DNA of 64,000 nucleotides from Perkinsela sp. CCAP 1560/9 (GCA_965644495.1 CBFFSA010000005.1:434001-498000), one strand, 5' to 3'. Positions 10,468 to 21,443 are shown, numbered from the stretch's first letter. The notes: generated from the letters alone by a model not told the origin. Numbers and translations are program-made.

Positions 10468-11056
10468 CAACTACATGTACGAAATCGTAGGACACATTCA
10501 CGTAGGAGAGTGTTGTGAATGATCCTCGAAGTCCTTCCAAGAAGTTAGTGAACAATTCGGTTACTTCACTTACCTTACGTTGCTGACTCCTACTTGTTTC
10601 TGGTCTATGCGTCCTCAGTTGTCGCCAAGGGCCATGCACATCACAGGTTACATTTTACAGTGCATCACACTTACAGGATCGTATCTTTACTCTTGAAATT
10701 TTGCGACGGGCTCTGCGGGCGCCTCTCATGATTTCATTATTTCTCAAATGTACAGTGCCGAATCACCCGTAGCAAATATTTAACACCCTTACCTTCTCAT
10801 ATTCACACTGTACATGCCAAAATGGGCACACTGTCTAAATAAAGTATATAGACAGTGTGTCATAGAGTGACACACCAAAAAGAAATATAACCGTACAAGC
10901 TCTCCTAAGCACTTTTATTTCTTTCATTGGGTAAGATTTACTACACTGGATGAAAATGAACACACCACTACTCCTCACAAGTGCTGTTTACAAATACAAT
11001 TGATAGCGATAAACATGTTCTGTTGTTGCTAACGTTAGCACCTGCTAATCAAGGTT

Positions 11057-12580
11057 ATGGAAAAATCACTTATTGATGTTAAATATTTAAAGGACATAAC
11101 CATTCGCGGAGCGCGAGCTCTGTCCTGTGGCGTCAGCGGGGAACGCTTGATATCTCTTTGTTCAACTCGGCGTGAAGAGTTTCAAACCATCACTAACTTT
11201 ATTCGTAGTTGTCATGAACTACGTCGCACAGAATTTTTTCTTGTTAGCGGTACTCCTGGAGTAGGAAAAACATTTTTGCTTCGCCAGGTCATGACGACCC
11301 TCGAGCGCGAGGGTATTGTTCATCCAGTCTATATCAATTGCTTCGAAATAGATAACCCCAAGAGCATTGCAAACGAAATACTACATGAAATACAACACAC
11401 TTATAGTCGTGCTAGAGCTGATTCACGTAAAAGAATGACGCGCGTTCCCTCAACGAAATCTGCCGCTACTCGACACGCTTCAGATACCCTTGAGCGGCTG
11501 TGCGAAAGTGGTTGGGACGGAATACGATCTCCATCAGATAGCAGGTTGATCCTACTTGTTCTTGATGAAATCGACAGGTTAATTGTCTCTCAGGAGCGTA
11601 CGAGAACAGTCTTTCAATTGCTCGACCTGTTACGCTACCCTCTCAGCAATCTCTGTATATTTGGTATCTCAAATCAAATTGGTATACCTGCGTTGTATGA
11701 GTCAAAAATGTTGTCACGTGTCTCGGGACAATGCATCATACGCTCCTACACAGAGGAGGAATTGGTTCGATTGATTAAGCAACGTCTCCACGTTTTTGAT
11801 GCAGAAATCGTTTTACAGAAAGAAACAGACGCAGACTGTGGGACCCTCTATCCTTTATTTGCTCCAATCGCTCTTCAGGTTCTAATGCGGAAATGCGGGG
11901 GTACGCAAGGGGATGCTCGTAGAGTACTTCACGCTTGCGAGCACGTACTGCTTCGATTATTCGGAGAGCGTGATGCCGTATGGAAAAGTTTGTCTAAACA
12001 AGCTTGTAGTGTTCAGATTGATCCAAAACTTCTACAAAATCCAAGAACTGGACTTATTAGTCCTGAATATACAATGCTGGTCGCGCATGAATTGGTACCC
12101 AGCCAGTATCCAGAGCTACGCAACTTACCTTTTCTTGCACATATCGTGCTTGCTGTGTTTTGGAATGCACAAAAGGTGCAAGGCTGTGCGGAATCCGTGC
12201 AACATCGTACCTCCACGCAAAATACGAATCTAGGAAACTATATTGCCCCAGAAGTCCCAGTCGCGCTCTCATCCGACATAATTATGGATGTTGTATGGTG
12301 CATGTCCCGACGACTTGAGGTGATCGAAGAAATGCATTCGCAAAATTGTGAAGGGGATTCGATTTCTAACCTCGCGCAGAGAATGCGCAATTTTGCTGGC
12401 ATACAAATAGTACTACAGTCACTTGTCGATTTGCATATTCTACAACAGCTTCGAACTCCTGATGGTTTTGAATCTAGGGCCTCATTTCGTCTACTCACAC
12501 CTGCGGCACAGGTGGAGCGAGTGCTGCATGAAGCTCAAAGCTCGGCTTACCCTTTTTTAAAACATTTAGCACCAGAGTGA
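11057..12580 (+). CDS. CDC6: Orc1/Cdc6-family AAA+ replication initiator
   Basis: Walker A SGTPGVGKT, VYINC, Walker B LVLDEID, sensor GISN, YTEEEL, GDARR box; possible degenerate winged helix. ORC1/CDC6 versus ORC1B not resolvable by eye. Confidence 0.85.
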   Translation: MEKSLIDVKYLKDITIRGARALSCGVSGERLISLCSTRREEFQTITNFIRSCHELRRTEFFLVSGTPGVGKTFLLRQVMTTLEREGIVHPVYINCFEIDNPKSIANEILHEIQHTYSRARADSRKRMTRVPSTKSAATRHASDTLERLCESGWDGIRSPSDSRLILLVLDEIDRLIVSQERTRTVFQLLDLLRYPLSNLCIFGISNQIGIPALYESKMLSRVSGQCIIRSYTEEELVRLIKQRLHVFDAEIVLQKETDADCGTLYPLFAPIALQVLMRKCGGTQGDARRVLHACEHVLLRLFGERDAVWKSLSKQACSVQIDPKLLQNPRTGLISPEYTMLVAHELVPSQYPELRNLPFLAHIVLAVFWNAQKVQGCAESVQHRTSTQNTNLGNYIAPEVPVALSSDIIMDVVWCMSRRLEVIEEMHSQNCEGDSISNLAQRMRNFAGIQIVLQSLVDLHILQQLRTPDGFESRASFRLLTPAAQVERVLHEAQSSAYPFLKHLAPE

Positions 12581-12751
12581 AAGCACGTTTTTTCAATGTT
12601 TACGAATCTCTTTGTTCAAAAAAGAAAAATTAGTCAAAAAAGTTGAATAATGTTTTTGCATAAATTAACTACAGCAGCTTTTTTCTGTGTAAAGAGAATT
12701 AATTTTAGAACACTGTTTTAGAAAAAAGTGGTCTCTGTTTGAAACAATTTT

Positions 12752-13522
12752 ATGTATGAAAATATACTCCGGATCCTCCAGGCGAACTTGCAATACGGAA
12801 ACAGTGATGCGACCGACGCGTTGTTAAGCCTGCAGACCATAACTGGGAACGAGCGTTTTTGGTTTGAATTCATCGAATGTTCTACATTGGCACCGCTTCT
12901 TGCCGCTTATGTATGCAAAAAGGCCGTGTTACGATGTGAGCAATCGGAATTATCTCAAGGTCAAGATACGTCAAACCACCTTGAAATAGCCACCCTCCAT
13001 GCAGCATTGGAATTTCTGCAGGACGTTCTTCCTTTTGCGCTCTTGACGTTGAAGGGGCGCACGCGGTCTTCTCTGTCACGACTATGTAAGCTCGTAACAC
13101 AAGCGACGCCACACCAGGAGAGTTCGCATGTGGGTGACGTCGCTGCGGAATGTGCTCATATTCGGGGTCTTTGTGATGATATCACCCAGGCCTGTAGAGA
13201 GGACTACGGGGCCGCACTCCCCATTCTCCCCTCTTCGTGTCTGACAAGCACCCCGCTTTGTGTGCAGCAGTACAATAATTTCAACGATATCCCAGGGGAG
13301 CAGCAAACTACCCCAACGTGTGGTCCGATGGGACACCACCCCTCCCGTCGAGGGCTCACGGCACCGTTTTCTCCCCGGGAGGACGAAACGATACGCACAG
13401 GGGTGCGACTTTTCGGGCACAGGTACCGGCAAATATACGACGCCAATCAGGGCGTGTGGGCTCCTGGGAGATCTCCAGATCAAATCGAATATCGGTGGAA
13501 GCATTTGAAAACGCTTCTGTGA
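12752..13522 (+). CDS. TRF: TRF-like telomere-binding protein (single C-terminal Myb domain)
   Basis: C-terminal PFSPREDETIRTGVRLFGHRYRQIYDANQGVWAPGRSPDQIEYRWKHL is a telobox-type Myb resembling kinetoplastid TRF; helical N-terminal domain. Confidence 0.65.
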   Translation: MYENILRILQANLQYGNSDATDALLSLQTITGNERFWFEFIECSTLAPLLAAYVCKKAVLRCEQSELSQGQDTSNHLEIATLHAALEFLQDVLPFALLTLKGRTRSSLSRLCKLVTQATPHQESSHVGDVAAECAHIRGLCDDITQACREDYGAALPILPSSCLTSTPLCVQQYNNFNDIPGEQQTTPTCGPMGHHPSRRGLTAPFSPREDETIRTGVRLFGHRYRQIYDANQGVWAPGRSPDQIEYRWKHLKTLL

Positions 13523-13712
13523 AATCGAAAAAAATGTTTTATCCTTTGTAAATTAGTAATATTCCTATGAAGGTCAAAATTATTAGGATATTTGTTCAGT
13601 ATTTTCTTTTGCCTTACTTGATAAGTGTGGGGTAGGCTTTCATGGGCTACACAATGATTTTACATGTATCTTCTCTTAATTATAGCAATACCCACCTAGT
13701 GTTTTCCTTTTA

Positions 13713-14879
13713 ATGCACTCCTCCCGACTTCTTTCCGCGTTACAGACCTATGCCACGCTTCCCCCCTCGGATGTCTTCCCCCTCCCCCTCGTAAAGTGGG
13801 CCCAGCGACACAACTGTAACTTCTCCTCCGGCTTGCGACAGGCCTATGTCACCCTGGGCTACGCCGCCGCCGTAGACCCCAGCATTGACCCCCCTGAGTC
13901 ACAAAACAACACCCCCGGCGATGCTACAACCGGGTCCTCTCCTCCACCCCCCCTCCCCCTCTTCTCCCCCACTCTCCTTCGTGCCGTCCAGGAATCCAAC
14001 TACCAACTCGCACACTGCTCCGACTGGGTAGAACACATCGCCGTGACCCAATTCGAATACGCTCATCGAATACCCCATCCCCCCGTGGCCGTGACGCACC
14101 CCTCTACATTGGAAACAGAAAAACAAGAACAAAACGAAAAAGAACAAAAACAAGAACAAGAAGAACAAAAACAAAAAGAACAAAAACAAAAAGAACAAGA
14201 ACAAAAAGAACAAGAACAAAAGCAAGAAGAACAAAAGGAACAAGAACCCTCCACCCCTTCCACCCCCCCTATGAACCCCTCCCCTACGTGGACCGCCATC
14301 CCCTCCTCTGAGGTCGACACGGGAAAATTCGACATCCCGATTCACCCCACCAATGCCTCTTCCCCCCTCTTCCCCTCCTCCATACCCCCCAGCGGGCAGC
14401 ACGACCCCACCGGTCCCCTCCTCTCCCTCCGCATCCGTGCCGTGCTCACGGTACGGGTCAACCCCGCACGGTTCCTCCCGCACTACCGCTGGTGTCACCA
14501 ACGGATTCACGTCCCCGAGGGGGGGGCGATCGGGGGGGCTGTCGCGGGGACAGAGCCCGGCAGCGTCGGGGAGGGGGAGAGCTCTGTGCCGTTACGGCAC
14601 CAGGCCGCGACCTATGCCGCGACCCGCCCCTGGGCGCGGGGGTTGTTAAAGGTGTTTCGCTCGGTGACGTTGGATCCGGTGATGCGGACCATGGTGCCGT
14701 ATGTTCCGGCGAAGATGACCGTGATGGAGATGTGTCTGGGTCCGGTGGGGAGAGGGGAGAGGGGGGGTCCGTCGTGTGCGGTGGGTGCGGAAATGAATTG
14801 GAGAGTGACGGCTCTTAGGCATGCGGAGGAGGTGGCGTATCCGGTTTGGGTACAGCGGAGTAAGCAGGAGGGTTTGTAG
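13713..14879 (+). CDS. Hypothetical, probably mitochondrial protein with an internal E/Q/K low-complexity insert
   Basis: Leader-like start MHSSRLLSALQ; 388-aa ORF; ordered segments (FSSGLRQAYVTL...NWRVTAL) weakly recall Tim44-like/MAIP1 folds, unverified. Confidence 0.6.
   Translation: MHSSRLLSALQTYATLPPSDVFPLPLVKWAQRHNCNFSSGLRQAYVTLGYAAAVDPSIDPPESQNNTPGDATTGSSPPPPLPLFSPTLLRAVQESNYQLAHCSDWVEHIAVTQFEYAHRIPHPPVAVTHPSTLETEKQEQNEKEQKQEQEEQKQKEQKQKEQEQKEQEQKQEEQKEQEPSTPSTPPMNPSPTWTAIPSSEVDTGKFDIPIHPTNASSPLFPSSIPPSGQHDPTGPLLSLRIRAVLTVRVNPARFLPHYRWCHQRIHVPEGGAIGGAVAGTEPGSVGEGESSVPLRHQAATYAATRPWARGLLKVFRSVTLDPVMRTMVPYVPAKMTVMEMCLGPVGRGERGGPSCAVGAEMNWRVTALRHAEEVAYPVWVQRSKQEGL
14112..14246 (+). repeat. 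Imperfect GAA/CAA/AAA codon repeat (EQK tract), T-free
   Basis: gaacaa/aaacaa units with no T for over 130 nt. Confidence 0.9.
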
Positions 14880-15098
14880 TCCGAGGTTTGTAGTCCGGGT
14901 GTGTTCGTTGGGGTTAGTATAGTAATTGTAGCACTTGTAGCATTGTTCAATTTTGGCAAATAATGTGGAAGGTAAACATGACAAGGGTGTGGGAATGTAG
15001 ACATCGGGTTCACTAAAACGATTCAGAATAGTCTATGGGAAACTAATCGCTGGTAGTCTTTTTACCTTCTAACATCCTTGTTTCCAAAATTTATCCGT

Positions 15099-15785
15099 AT
15101 GAACCGAGATCAGATTAAAGCGCTAAAATTGAAAGCGCAACAAGAAGCAGCGTGTCCAGATTCGGATGCTAAAAGCGGCAGAAATCATATTGAGCACGCC
15201 GCAAAAATGCGTCAACGTGCATTGAAACAGAAAAAGAAGGAGGAAGAGGTCGCAAGGGGAAATGAGAAAGCACGTCAGGCGGAGGAACAGAAGCGCCAAT
15301 TTTTGGATGCGTTAGAAGACAAAACCGCGGAAAGCTCTGCCGATTCTCTTGAAGCACTTAAACAATCGGTAGAACAACTTGATATCAAACAAAAGGAAGC
15401 ACAGCAACGCGCCCAAAATCACGCTCTAAAACTTGAGGAAGATGCCTTACAGGCGGAGCGTGAACGAGTGTTGAATATGAGTAGCGATGAACGCGATGCG
15501 TACCTACGTGGTCTGGAAACTAAAATACACCAAACACAAAGCGTAATTGCTGAAAAACAACAGTCACAAAAAAACATGGAGAACTCGGTAGAAACTCGAC
15601 GGCACGAACCCAGGAAAAAAGAAAAAGCAACGAAGCCCAATAATGTGTTGCCTTCTTTTCTCCACGAGGCGGAAGAGGCCGACTTTGATCATGAAAATGA
15701 AAACTACAAGTCGGGGACACCCGCTGACCTTCTGCTTATTCACAAAAATACGAAGGCACTTAGAAAATCGGGTGAAATCTTGTAG
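15099..15785 (+). CDS. Charged coiled-coil protein (weak resemblance to MFAP1/Spp381)
   Basis: First ATG at 15099; AERERVLNMSSDERDAYLR resembles MFAP1 AEIERMRNLTEEERRAELR, but the KYYHRGAFF hallmark is not seen. Confidence 0.55.
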   Translation: MNRDQIKALKLKAQQEAACPDSDAKSGRNHIEHAAKMRQRALKQKKKEEEVARGNEKARQAEEQKRQFLDALEDKTAESSADSLEALKQSVEQLDIKQKEAQQRAQNHALKLEEDALQAERERVLNMSSDERDAYLRGLETKIHQTQSVIAEKQQSQKNMENSVETRRHEPRKKEKATKPNNVLPSFLHEAEEADFDHENENYKSGTPADLLLIHKNTKALRKSGEIL

Positions 15786-16013
15786 CCTGCTAAATCTGCT
15801 ACATCCGAGTTTCCAGTTGGGCATTCACATTTTTTTGAGATAAAAAGCGTCACTTAATGTGGATGGTGAGCTAGTTACTCATATGTTTACAAAACTCATA
15901 TGTTTCCTCATATGTATCACCTTTGTTTTTAAACCTTGGTATACGAAACCGTAATACAACTTCCTACATCATCTTGCCATTTTTCACACACCTCATACCT
16001 TTACACCTCCCCT

Positions 16014-17069
16014 ATGTTCAGCGTTCGTCCCCTGGTCTCTCGAAACTTGAGAGATCTTTGCAACATCGTAAGCACAGACGATTACGTCATCTCTTTGCTC
16101 AACAAGTCCAAGCTACGTTCCTTTGCGGAGTTTATCTCCTGGCCCGGGGCGGGGGCGAGAGAGATTTACCGATACGTGCTTACCCTCCCAAAAGAGCAGC
16201 GTGCCCTACACGCGGTCTTTGGACGAGAGGGGGTTCCGTTGGACTTTTGTGCTGATCTCGACCTTCCGTTGTCTCCGTCAGATCCGCATGCGCAGCAACA
16301 AGGACAGCTTCTTATGGAGGCCACCTGCGACGAAACAGAGCGTACGCTGCAACTCGCCTACGGGAAGCAATTCTCGAAACTGGTCGTCCTGCAGAGTTTC
16401 GCCGTGAACAAACTTTCCTATCACATACATGCCCGGATCGCAGAGGATGTGGCATTCCAGGACATCTCGGATTTGTGCAATTTCTCTCGCATTGTGGCGC
16501 GTTCCCTCAAGCTACGCTGGAAGAAGGAAGTTCTTGATTCCGGAATTTACCGTACTGGGGGACAGCTGCGGTTGTACGACTGTGTAAAGAGTATTGGTGA
16601 TGACGCCACTCTGGACAAGCTTGCGTTGAAGAGACCACTACACTGGAATCCCTGCCCCGACGACCTTTTTGAGCTCTCCTTAGTCACCCGCCCGCGTTCT
16701 GTTGTGCGCGAGCTAATCACGTCCAAGTCCACAGCCCCGGTCGTTAAAATGGAAGATAGCTACGATAACTGTATGGATTTTGTAATTAAGACTGTCCCTC
16801 GGCTGGAAGAATCCGTAGCACACGCTTACAGTTCTTGGATTCAAATCGGGCTGGCACTGAAAAGTTTGCACCTGGTTGCACAGTCAAGACCCGATGGGGT
16901 GTTATTCGATTTTGAGGATCTTTTTCACACGTTTAGTGCAAAGTCGCCGAAGTACTCACGCGGAGATTGTGATAGACAGTGGGCCAGAATGAAAGTGAGG
17001 GATGCTGACTGGTTGCGAGCTGTACGGTGTGTTCGGCGATTTTGTAAGAAAAATGTTGACATGCCATGA
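16014..17069 (+). CDS. PRI1: Mitochondrial (kDNA) primase, AEP superfamily with PriCT-2 domain (PRI1/PRI2-like)
   Basis: AEP motif I DFCADLD, motif II KLSYHIH, motif III VLDSGIYR..QLRL; C-terminal YSSWIQIGLALK...FHTFSAKSPKY...CDRQW PriCT-2; leader-like start MFSVRPLVSR at ATG 16014. Confidence 0.8.
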   Translation: MFSVRPLVSRNLRDLCNIVSTDDYVISLLNKSKLRSFAEFISWPGAGAREIYRYVLTLPKEQRALHAVFGREGVPLDFCADLDLPLSPSDPHAQQQGQLLMEATCDETERTLQLAYGKQFSKLVVLQSFAVNKLSYHIHARIAEDVAFQDISDLCNFSRIVARSLKLRWKKEVLDSGIYRTGGQLRLYDCVKSIGDDATLDKLALKRPLHWNPCPDDLFELSLVTRPRSVVRELITSKSTAPVVKMEDSYDNCMDFVIKTVPRLEESVAHAYSSWIQIGLALKSLHLVAQSRPDGVLFDFEDLFHTFSAKSPKYSRGDCDRQWARMKVRDADWLRAVRCVRRFCKKNVDMP

Positions 17070-17383
17070 CGTAGGTTTATGGCTTTCAATTCCGTACCTT
17101 CAGTCTTCTGTTTTTCAGAACAACTTCACACTTTTAGAAATTTTTCATTTTTCACAAATTTAATTTAGAACGCAACGTTCAATCACGTTTCGTATCCTTC
17201 AGTTTCTGTTATTCCTATGGTCTCTCAACACATCACCTAACTCACTAAAAAACATTTACTGTCATAAAAACATTCATTTCTTTGAAGTAGTCTACGAGAT
17301 GTACATCTTTCTACTTCTGCAACACGTGCACCACCTATTCGCCAAAATACAAAACCACTCGTTTATTCTCCTCACCCCCATTT

Positions 17384-19063
17384 ATGTCTTCCCACTGCCT
17401 CATCCTTGAGCGACCCAAACCCGGAGCAGACCTCCATCACGTCCTGTTCGTCGACCTCGACAACGTTGCCTTCTTTCGCGGTGTAGACGAGCGGTTCAGC
17501 ACCCCCCGTCCCATCGTGCCCCCTCGTAGCTTTGTGTTCTGTATCGTCGCCGCGGACACCATGCTAAACGTCGCCATTGGCAAGAGTCCGGGCTACTTCC
17601 ACCTTGTCCAGCGTCACGGTATCGAGATCTGTCCCCTCGGGAGCTGGCGTCCCCCGTTCGTTCTTCCCCCCGGGGAGGCCAGCAACACCATGAGCCCTTG
17701 CCAGGCCCTGCAGCGTCTCGTGCGCTGGGCCCACACCGTGCTGGACCCCGCGATCTCGTTCACCCTGCTGTACTTCCCGGAGGATAGCGCCTCCGAGACC
17801 TCACTGCAGGACTATCTCCAGGGAAGGGACGTGGAGACGATACGACCAGCTCGACACCACTGGTGGGATCGCGTCGCCTCCCGGCTGGCACGCCGTAAGC
17901 CACAGCCCCCTAAGGTGAAGACATCGGAACCATCTCCTCGTAGAGAAGGTGAGGAGGAGGCAGAATCAGGGGTTGAAAATCCGATTGAGAACAGGGAGCG
18001 GATAGAACCGAGCGCACTCACGGAGGAGGCGTTGCGGTCATGGGGTATTGGAATGGCAGAGCCGGAGCTGAACGGTGATGCGGGAGAGGGGAAGGAGAAA
18101 GGAGAACTTTTTCGGCAGGAAAGTAGGAAGGTGGAAGATAGATGTATCTTAGATACATCTGAGGTGGTGAAGGAGAGAAGTTTTTCTGTCGAGCCAACAT
18201 GTGACATTGAGGTGCCGAAGACAGCGGGGGACAAGTTGAGTACCACAGAGCGTCCGACTGTGCTGGAGCCCGTAAAACAAGTACCTGAACGTGCTTTACC
18301 TCCTACAGAGGATGTGGCGACCACGAATACAAAGGATCCGCACATTGCGGAGACTTCTTCGCACCGAAAACCGTACCGCGAGGTGCCAAAACGAAGCAAA
18401 AAGAAAGTAAAGGAACCAGTTCCTGTGGAGTCCTACAACCCCGTAACTTCGCTCCTTCTTAACATGAGTGAACCGGAGACATCTCGATCCAGAAAGCGTC
18501 GGCAACACCCCGAACTCGCCACGATGGACTCTTTTCGGGCCAACGACATGTTCCCCTCGGAGCAGCGTGATCTCTCTCCAATAGAAAAGGGTACGACTCA
18601 GGAGATACATCCAGGGCCTATAGATAAACATTCTTCACCACAGTACCAGGGGCGTGATGCTCTGCGTTCTTCTACACATCATCCTCATGCGCACCAACAT
18701 CGACATCGGCATCACCACCACCATCATCATCATCATGAACGCAGAAGTCATCATACAAGGGAGCAATGTCCCACTCACGACCATCCTATTCAATCCAAAG
18801 AACATAAAGGTTTTCCTGCGAGAGATGCAGAACGGCACAGAGACGCACGGAAACACAGAGCCCATACCCATAACGAGTCTGATTCTGACTCGCTTAGCAG
18901 CGCAGAGGCTTCCGACATGAGTTCTGACTTTAGTTCCTCAGCTTCTCGGCAATCCTCGCTTTCCCGATCACTTAGTTCACTTAGCTCGGATTTGACAGCT
19001 TCTTCGATCTGTTCGAATTCCCTTCGCACCAAATTGATCGCGGCGACAAAGAAAAAATACTAG
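17384..19063 (+). CDS. Protein with N-terminal PIN/NYN-like domain and long disordered, His/Ser-rich tail
   Basis: HVLFVDLDNVAFF resembles the first motif of ZNF451-type PIN-like domains; poly-His tract near 18675-18737; Ser-rich C-terminus. Confidence 0.55.
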   Translation: MSSHCLILERPKPGADLHHVLFVDLDNVAFFRGVDERFSTPRPIVPPRSFVFCIVAADTMLNVAIGKSPGYFHLVQRHGIEICPLGSWRPPFVLPPGEASNTMSPCQALQRLVRWAHTVLDPAISFTLLYFPEDSASETSLQDYLQGRDVETIRPARHHWWDRVASRLARRKPQPPKVKTSEPSPRREGEEEAESGVENPIENRERIEPSALTEEALRSWGIGMAEPELNGDAGEGKEKGELFRQESRKVEDRCILDTSEVVKERSFSVEPTCDIEVPKTAGDKLSTTERPTVLEPVKQVPERALPPTEDVATTNTKDPHIAETSSHRKPYREVPKRSKKKVKEPVPVESYNPVTSLLLNMSEPETSRSRKRRQHPELATMDSFRANDMFPSEQRDLSPIEKGTTQEIHPGPIDKHSSPQYQGRDALRSSTHHPHAHQHRHRHHHHHHHHHERRSHHTREQCPTHDHPIQSKEHKGFPARDAERHRDARKHRAHTHNESDSDSLSSAEASDMSSDFSSSASRQSSLSRSLSSLSSDLTASSICSNSLRTKLIAATKKKY

Positions 19064-19440
19064 ACGTTCTGAATGGCGTGACAGACTTTTAGGTACGGAG
19101 GTTGTTTCGTACACTGTTTGTCAAGAAGTTTTGTCATCTAGCTCAAGAGAGAGGGAGATCTACGTCTTCTCAGTTTTCCTACAAACTAAATCTATTTTTG
19201 AACGCAAAAATTATCTGTGCTTTAGTAGTCCAAGCTTATAGCTCCATATGGTGCCCTATTTTTACTAAGTTTTGGCATATTGACTAACATTATACATTAT
19301 CTATTTCCTTTCCTTGAATAGAGAAGACCATTTCTTGAATGTTTAATTCTTTCTCCTTCACAAAATAAAGGTTTATTAAACAAATTTAAATATACCAATT
19401 TCATTTTTTCGCTCCCCTCCGCCCTCCTCCCCCCCTCCCC

Positions 19441-20541
19441 ATGCATCGTACCTTCTTCCGCTTCCTCTACCGCTTCACCCCACCCCATCTCCGAGACCCC
19501 AACCCTTTACCATCCAGTTACCCACACGCCCTTGCCCTCCTTCCCCACTCCCCCTCACCCTCCCCTACCCCCTCCTCCCCTTCCCCCACACAACCCTCCC
19601 CCACCCCCTCCTTACCCTCATCCTCCTCCCCCTCCTCTACCGCCTTCACCTTATCCCACCCCTCTCCCACCCCCACCACCACCACGGATTCCACTCTCCC
19701 CGTTGTTTCTGTCCCCTCCAACGCCTTCATCCTACAAGATCCTCCACAACACAAACCCGAACACAACCCTCAACACAACCCCCAGCACAATCTCCAACAC
19801 AACCCCCAACCCAGCACGCAACACAATCTCCAACACAGAGCACAACACAACTCCCAACACAGTACGCAACACACCCCCCAACACAGATCCCAGCACAGCA
19901 GGCAACACAACCCCCAGCACAGTCCCCAACACAAATCCCAACACAACCCTCAACGGACAACACAGCACCGTTCACAACGAAGCACACAACACAGTCCCCC
20001 ACACCACTCCCCACTGAGCACCCAACACAGTCCCCAACACAGTCCCCCACACAGTCCCCCACACAACCTACAGCATCGTCCCCCCCACAGCTCCCCCCAC
20101 AGCCCCGACCCCTCCCCCCTCGACGCGCTCCCCCTCCCCCTCTCCCCGGCCTCCCAGGCCCAGGTCGCCCGCCTGGTCGCGGCGTACCGCGTGTTCTGGG
20201 ACCACATCCGGTTCCGCAAGGCCTGGGCCGTCCCCCCCTTCACCTACGACGAGGTGCAGCCCGAGCTCTCCCGTGCCGCGGAGTACGTGGTGCGGGTCCG
20301 GCGGTACCTCGACGGGGTGAGCCCCGGGATGAAGATGCGTATGCTCGACGGGGCCGCGCAGGGGTTCCTGCGCTCCCGGCGAAGGGAGCAGGTGGTGGGG
20401 GACCGGGGGGGGTTTGTACGGGGGTTGGTCCACCACACGTTAAGGGACGCCACGGGGTATGTGGAGGGGCTGAGTGAGGGGGTGGTGGAGGGGTTGCTGA
20501 GGAGGGTGAGGGAGGGGGAGGGGGGGAGAGGGGAGGGGTAG
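19441..20541 (+). CDS. Hypothetical, probably mitochondrial protein with QHxP tetrapeptide repeats
   Basis: Leader-like MHRTFFRFLYRF; P/S-rich linker; many QHNP/QHSP-like units; ordered helical C-terminal ~120 aa. Confidence 0.65.
   Translation: MHRTFFRFLYRFTPPHLRDPNPLPSSYPHALALLPHSPSPSPTPSSPSPTQPSPTPSLPSSSSPSSTAFTLSHPSPTPTTTTDSTLPVVSVPSNAFILQDPPQHKPEHNPQHNPQHNLQHNPQPSTQHNLQHRAQHNSQHSTQHTPQHRSQHSRQHNPQHSPQHKSQHNPQRTTQHRSQRSTQHSPPHHSPLSTQHSPQHSPPHSPPHNLQHRPPHSSPHSPDPSPLDALPLPLSPASQAQVARLVAAYRVFWDHIRFRKAWAVPPFTYDEVQPELSRAAEYVVRVRRYLDGVSPGMKMRMLDGAAQGFLRSRRREQVVGDRGGFVRGLVHHTLRDATGYVEGLSEGVVEGLLRRVREGEGGRGEG
19747..20105 (+). repeat. Degenerate 12-bp coding tandem repeat (caacacaacccc-like)
   Basis: Recurrent caacac/cagcac + a(a/g)(c/t)ccc units with 12-nt period. 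Confidence 0.85.
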
Positions 20542-20798
20542 AGGGGGGGTGGCTGGCTTGCGGGTGTATGGTGGAAAGAAATAGAGTGTAGGAGGGAAAG
20601 AATAGAAACGGATTTTTTATAGGGTATTTATGGTAGGATAAGTTTTACTTTGAAGAATGACCCATTTTAGCATTTTTAATGTTCTAGTTTTCTTGTACGC
20701 TTACTTGCTTCTTTTCCAGTATTATCACGCCGCATTTTTCTTTATACGCTCACAAAATATATTCGAGTACTTCACACTCGTATCCCTTTTTGTTTGTG

Positions 20799-21443
20799 AT
20801 GCTTCAAATTTTGAATCGCGCACAGTTTGAGGCAGCACGCGCGAGTCGAAACTTTCTTGTGGTACACTTCGCGGCGGAATGGTGTGCGCCGTGCAAGCAA
20901 TTAAACACCGAGTTGGAGTCTTGGGTCAAGTGTCAGCGATTCCCGCTGGTCACCTTTGCGACGATTGACGGAGAGGCAAACGAGGACGTCTCCACTGCGA
21001 TGAACATTCATACCGTACCCCATGTCGTGTTCTTCCGAAAAGGAAAATACGTGTGTGACGTCCAAGGTGCAAATATACCCGAGATCGAGAGTACGGTTCA
21101 TCGGGTCTATCAATGCCCCGATGCGGACCAACCACTGGAGGAACGTCTGAAAAACTTAATACACCGTAGCCCAGTGATGATCTTTCTAACTGGAACTCCT
21201 TCGCAGCCTAGGTGTGGGTTTACTGCTCGGGTGTGTGAGGTGTTGAATCGCACCGGCGTTCCGTATGACTCATTTGATATTATGAGCGACTCAGAAGTTT
21301 TGGACGGACTTAAAACGTACAGCAACTGGCCCACGTACCCACAGCTTTATGTGAAGGGGGAGCTGATCGGGGGGTGCGATATTATTTTGGAACTGGACCG
21401 AAATGGAACTCTTGAAGCGACATTAAAGGGGGACACTGCATAA
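20799..21443 (+). CDS. GRX3: Thioredoxin-monothiol glutaredoxin fusion (Grx3/PICOT type)
   Basis: Trx domain with WCAPC followed by Grx domain GTPSQPRCGFT...YSNWPTYPQLYVKGELIGGCDI; ATG at 20799. Confidence 0.92.
   Translation: MLQILNRAQFEAARASRNFLVVHFAAEWCAPCKQLNTELESWVKCQRFPLVTFATIDGEANEDVSTAMNIHTVPHVVFFRKGKYVCDVQGANIPEIESTVHRVYQCPDADQPLEERLKNLIHRSPVMIFLTGTPSQPRCGFTARVCEVLNRTGVPYDSFDIMSDSEVLDGLKTYSNWPTYPQLYVKGELIGGCDIILELDRNGTLEATLKGDTA

Noticed and set aside
13899-20453. Long antisense and alternate-frame ORFs over the GC-skewed genes
   Set aside because: Explained by stop-codon scarcity in GC-rich low-complexity sequence; they overlap better-supported + strand CDSs.
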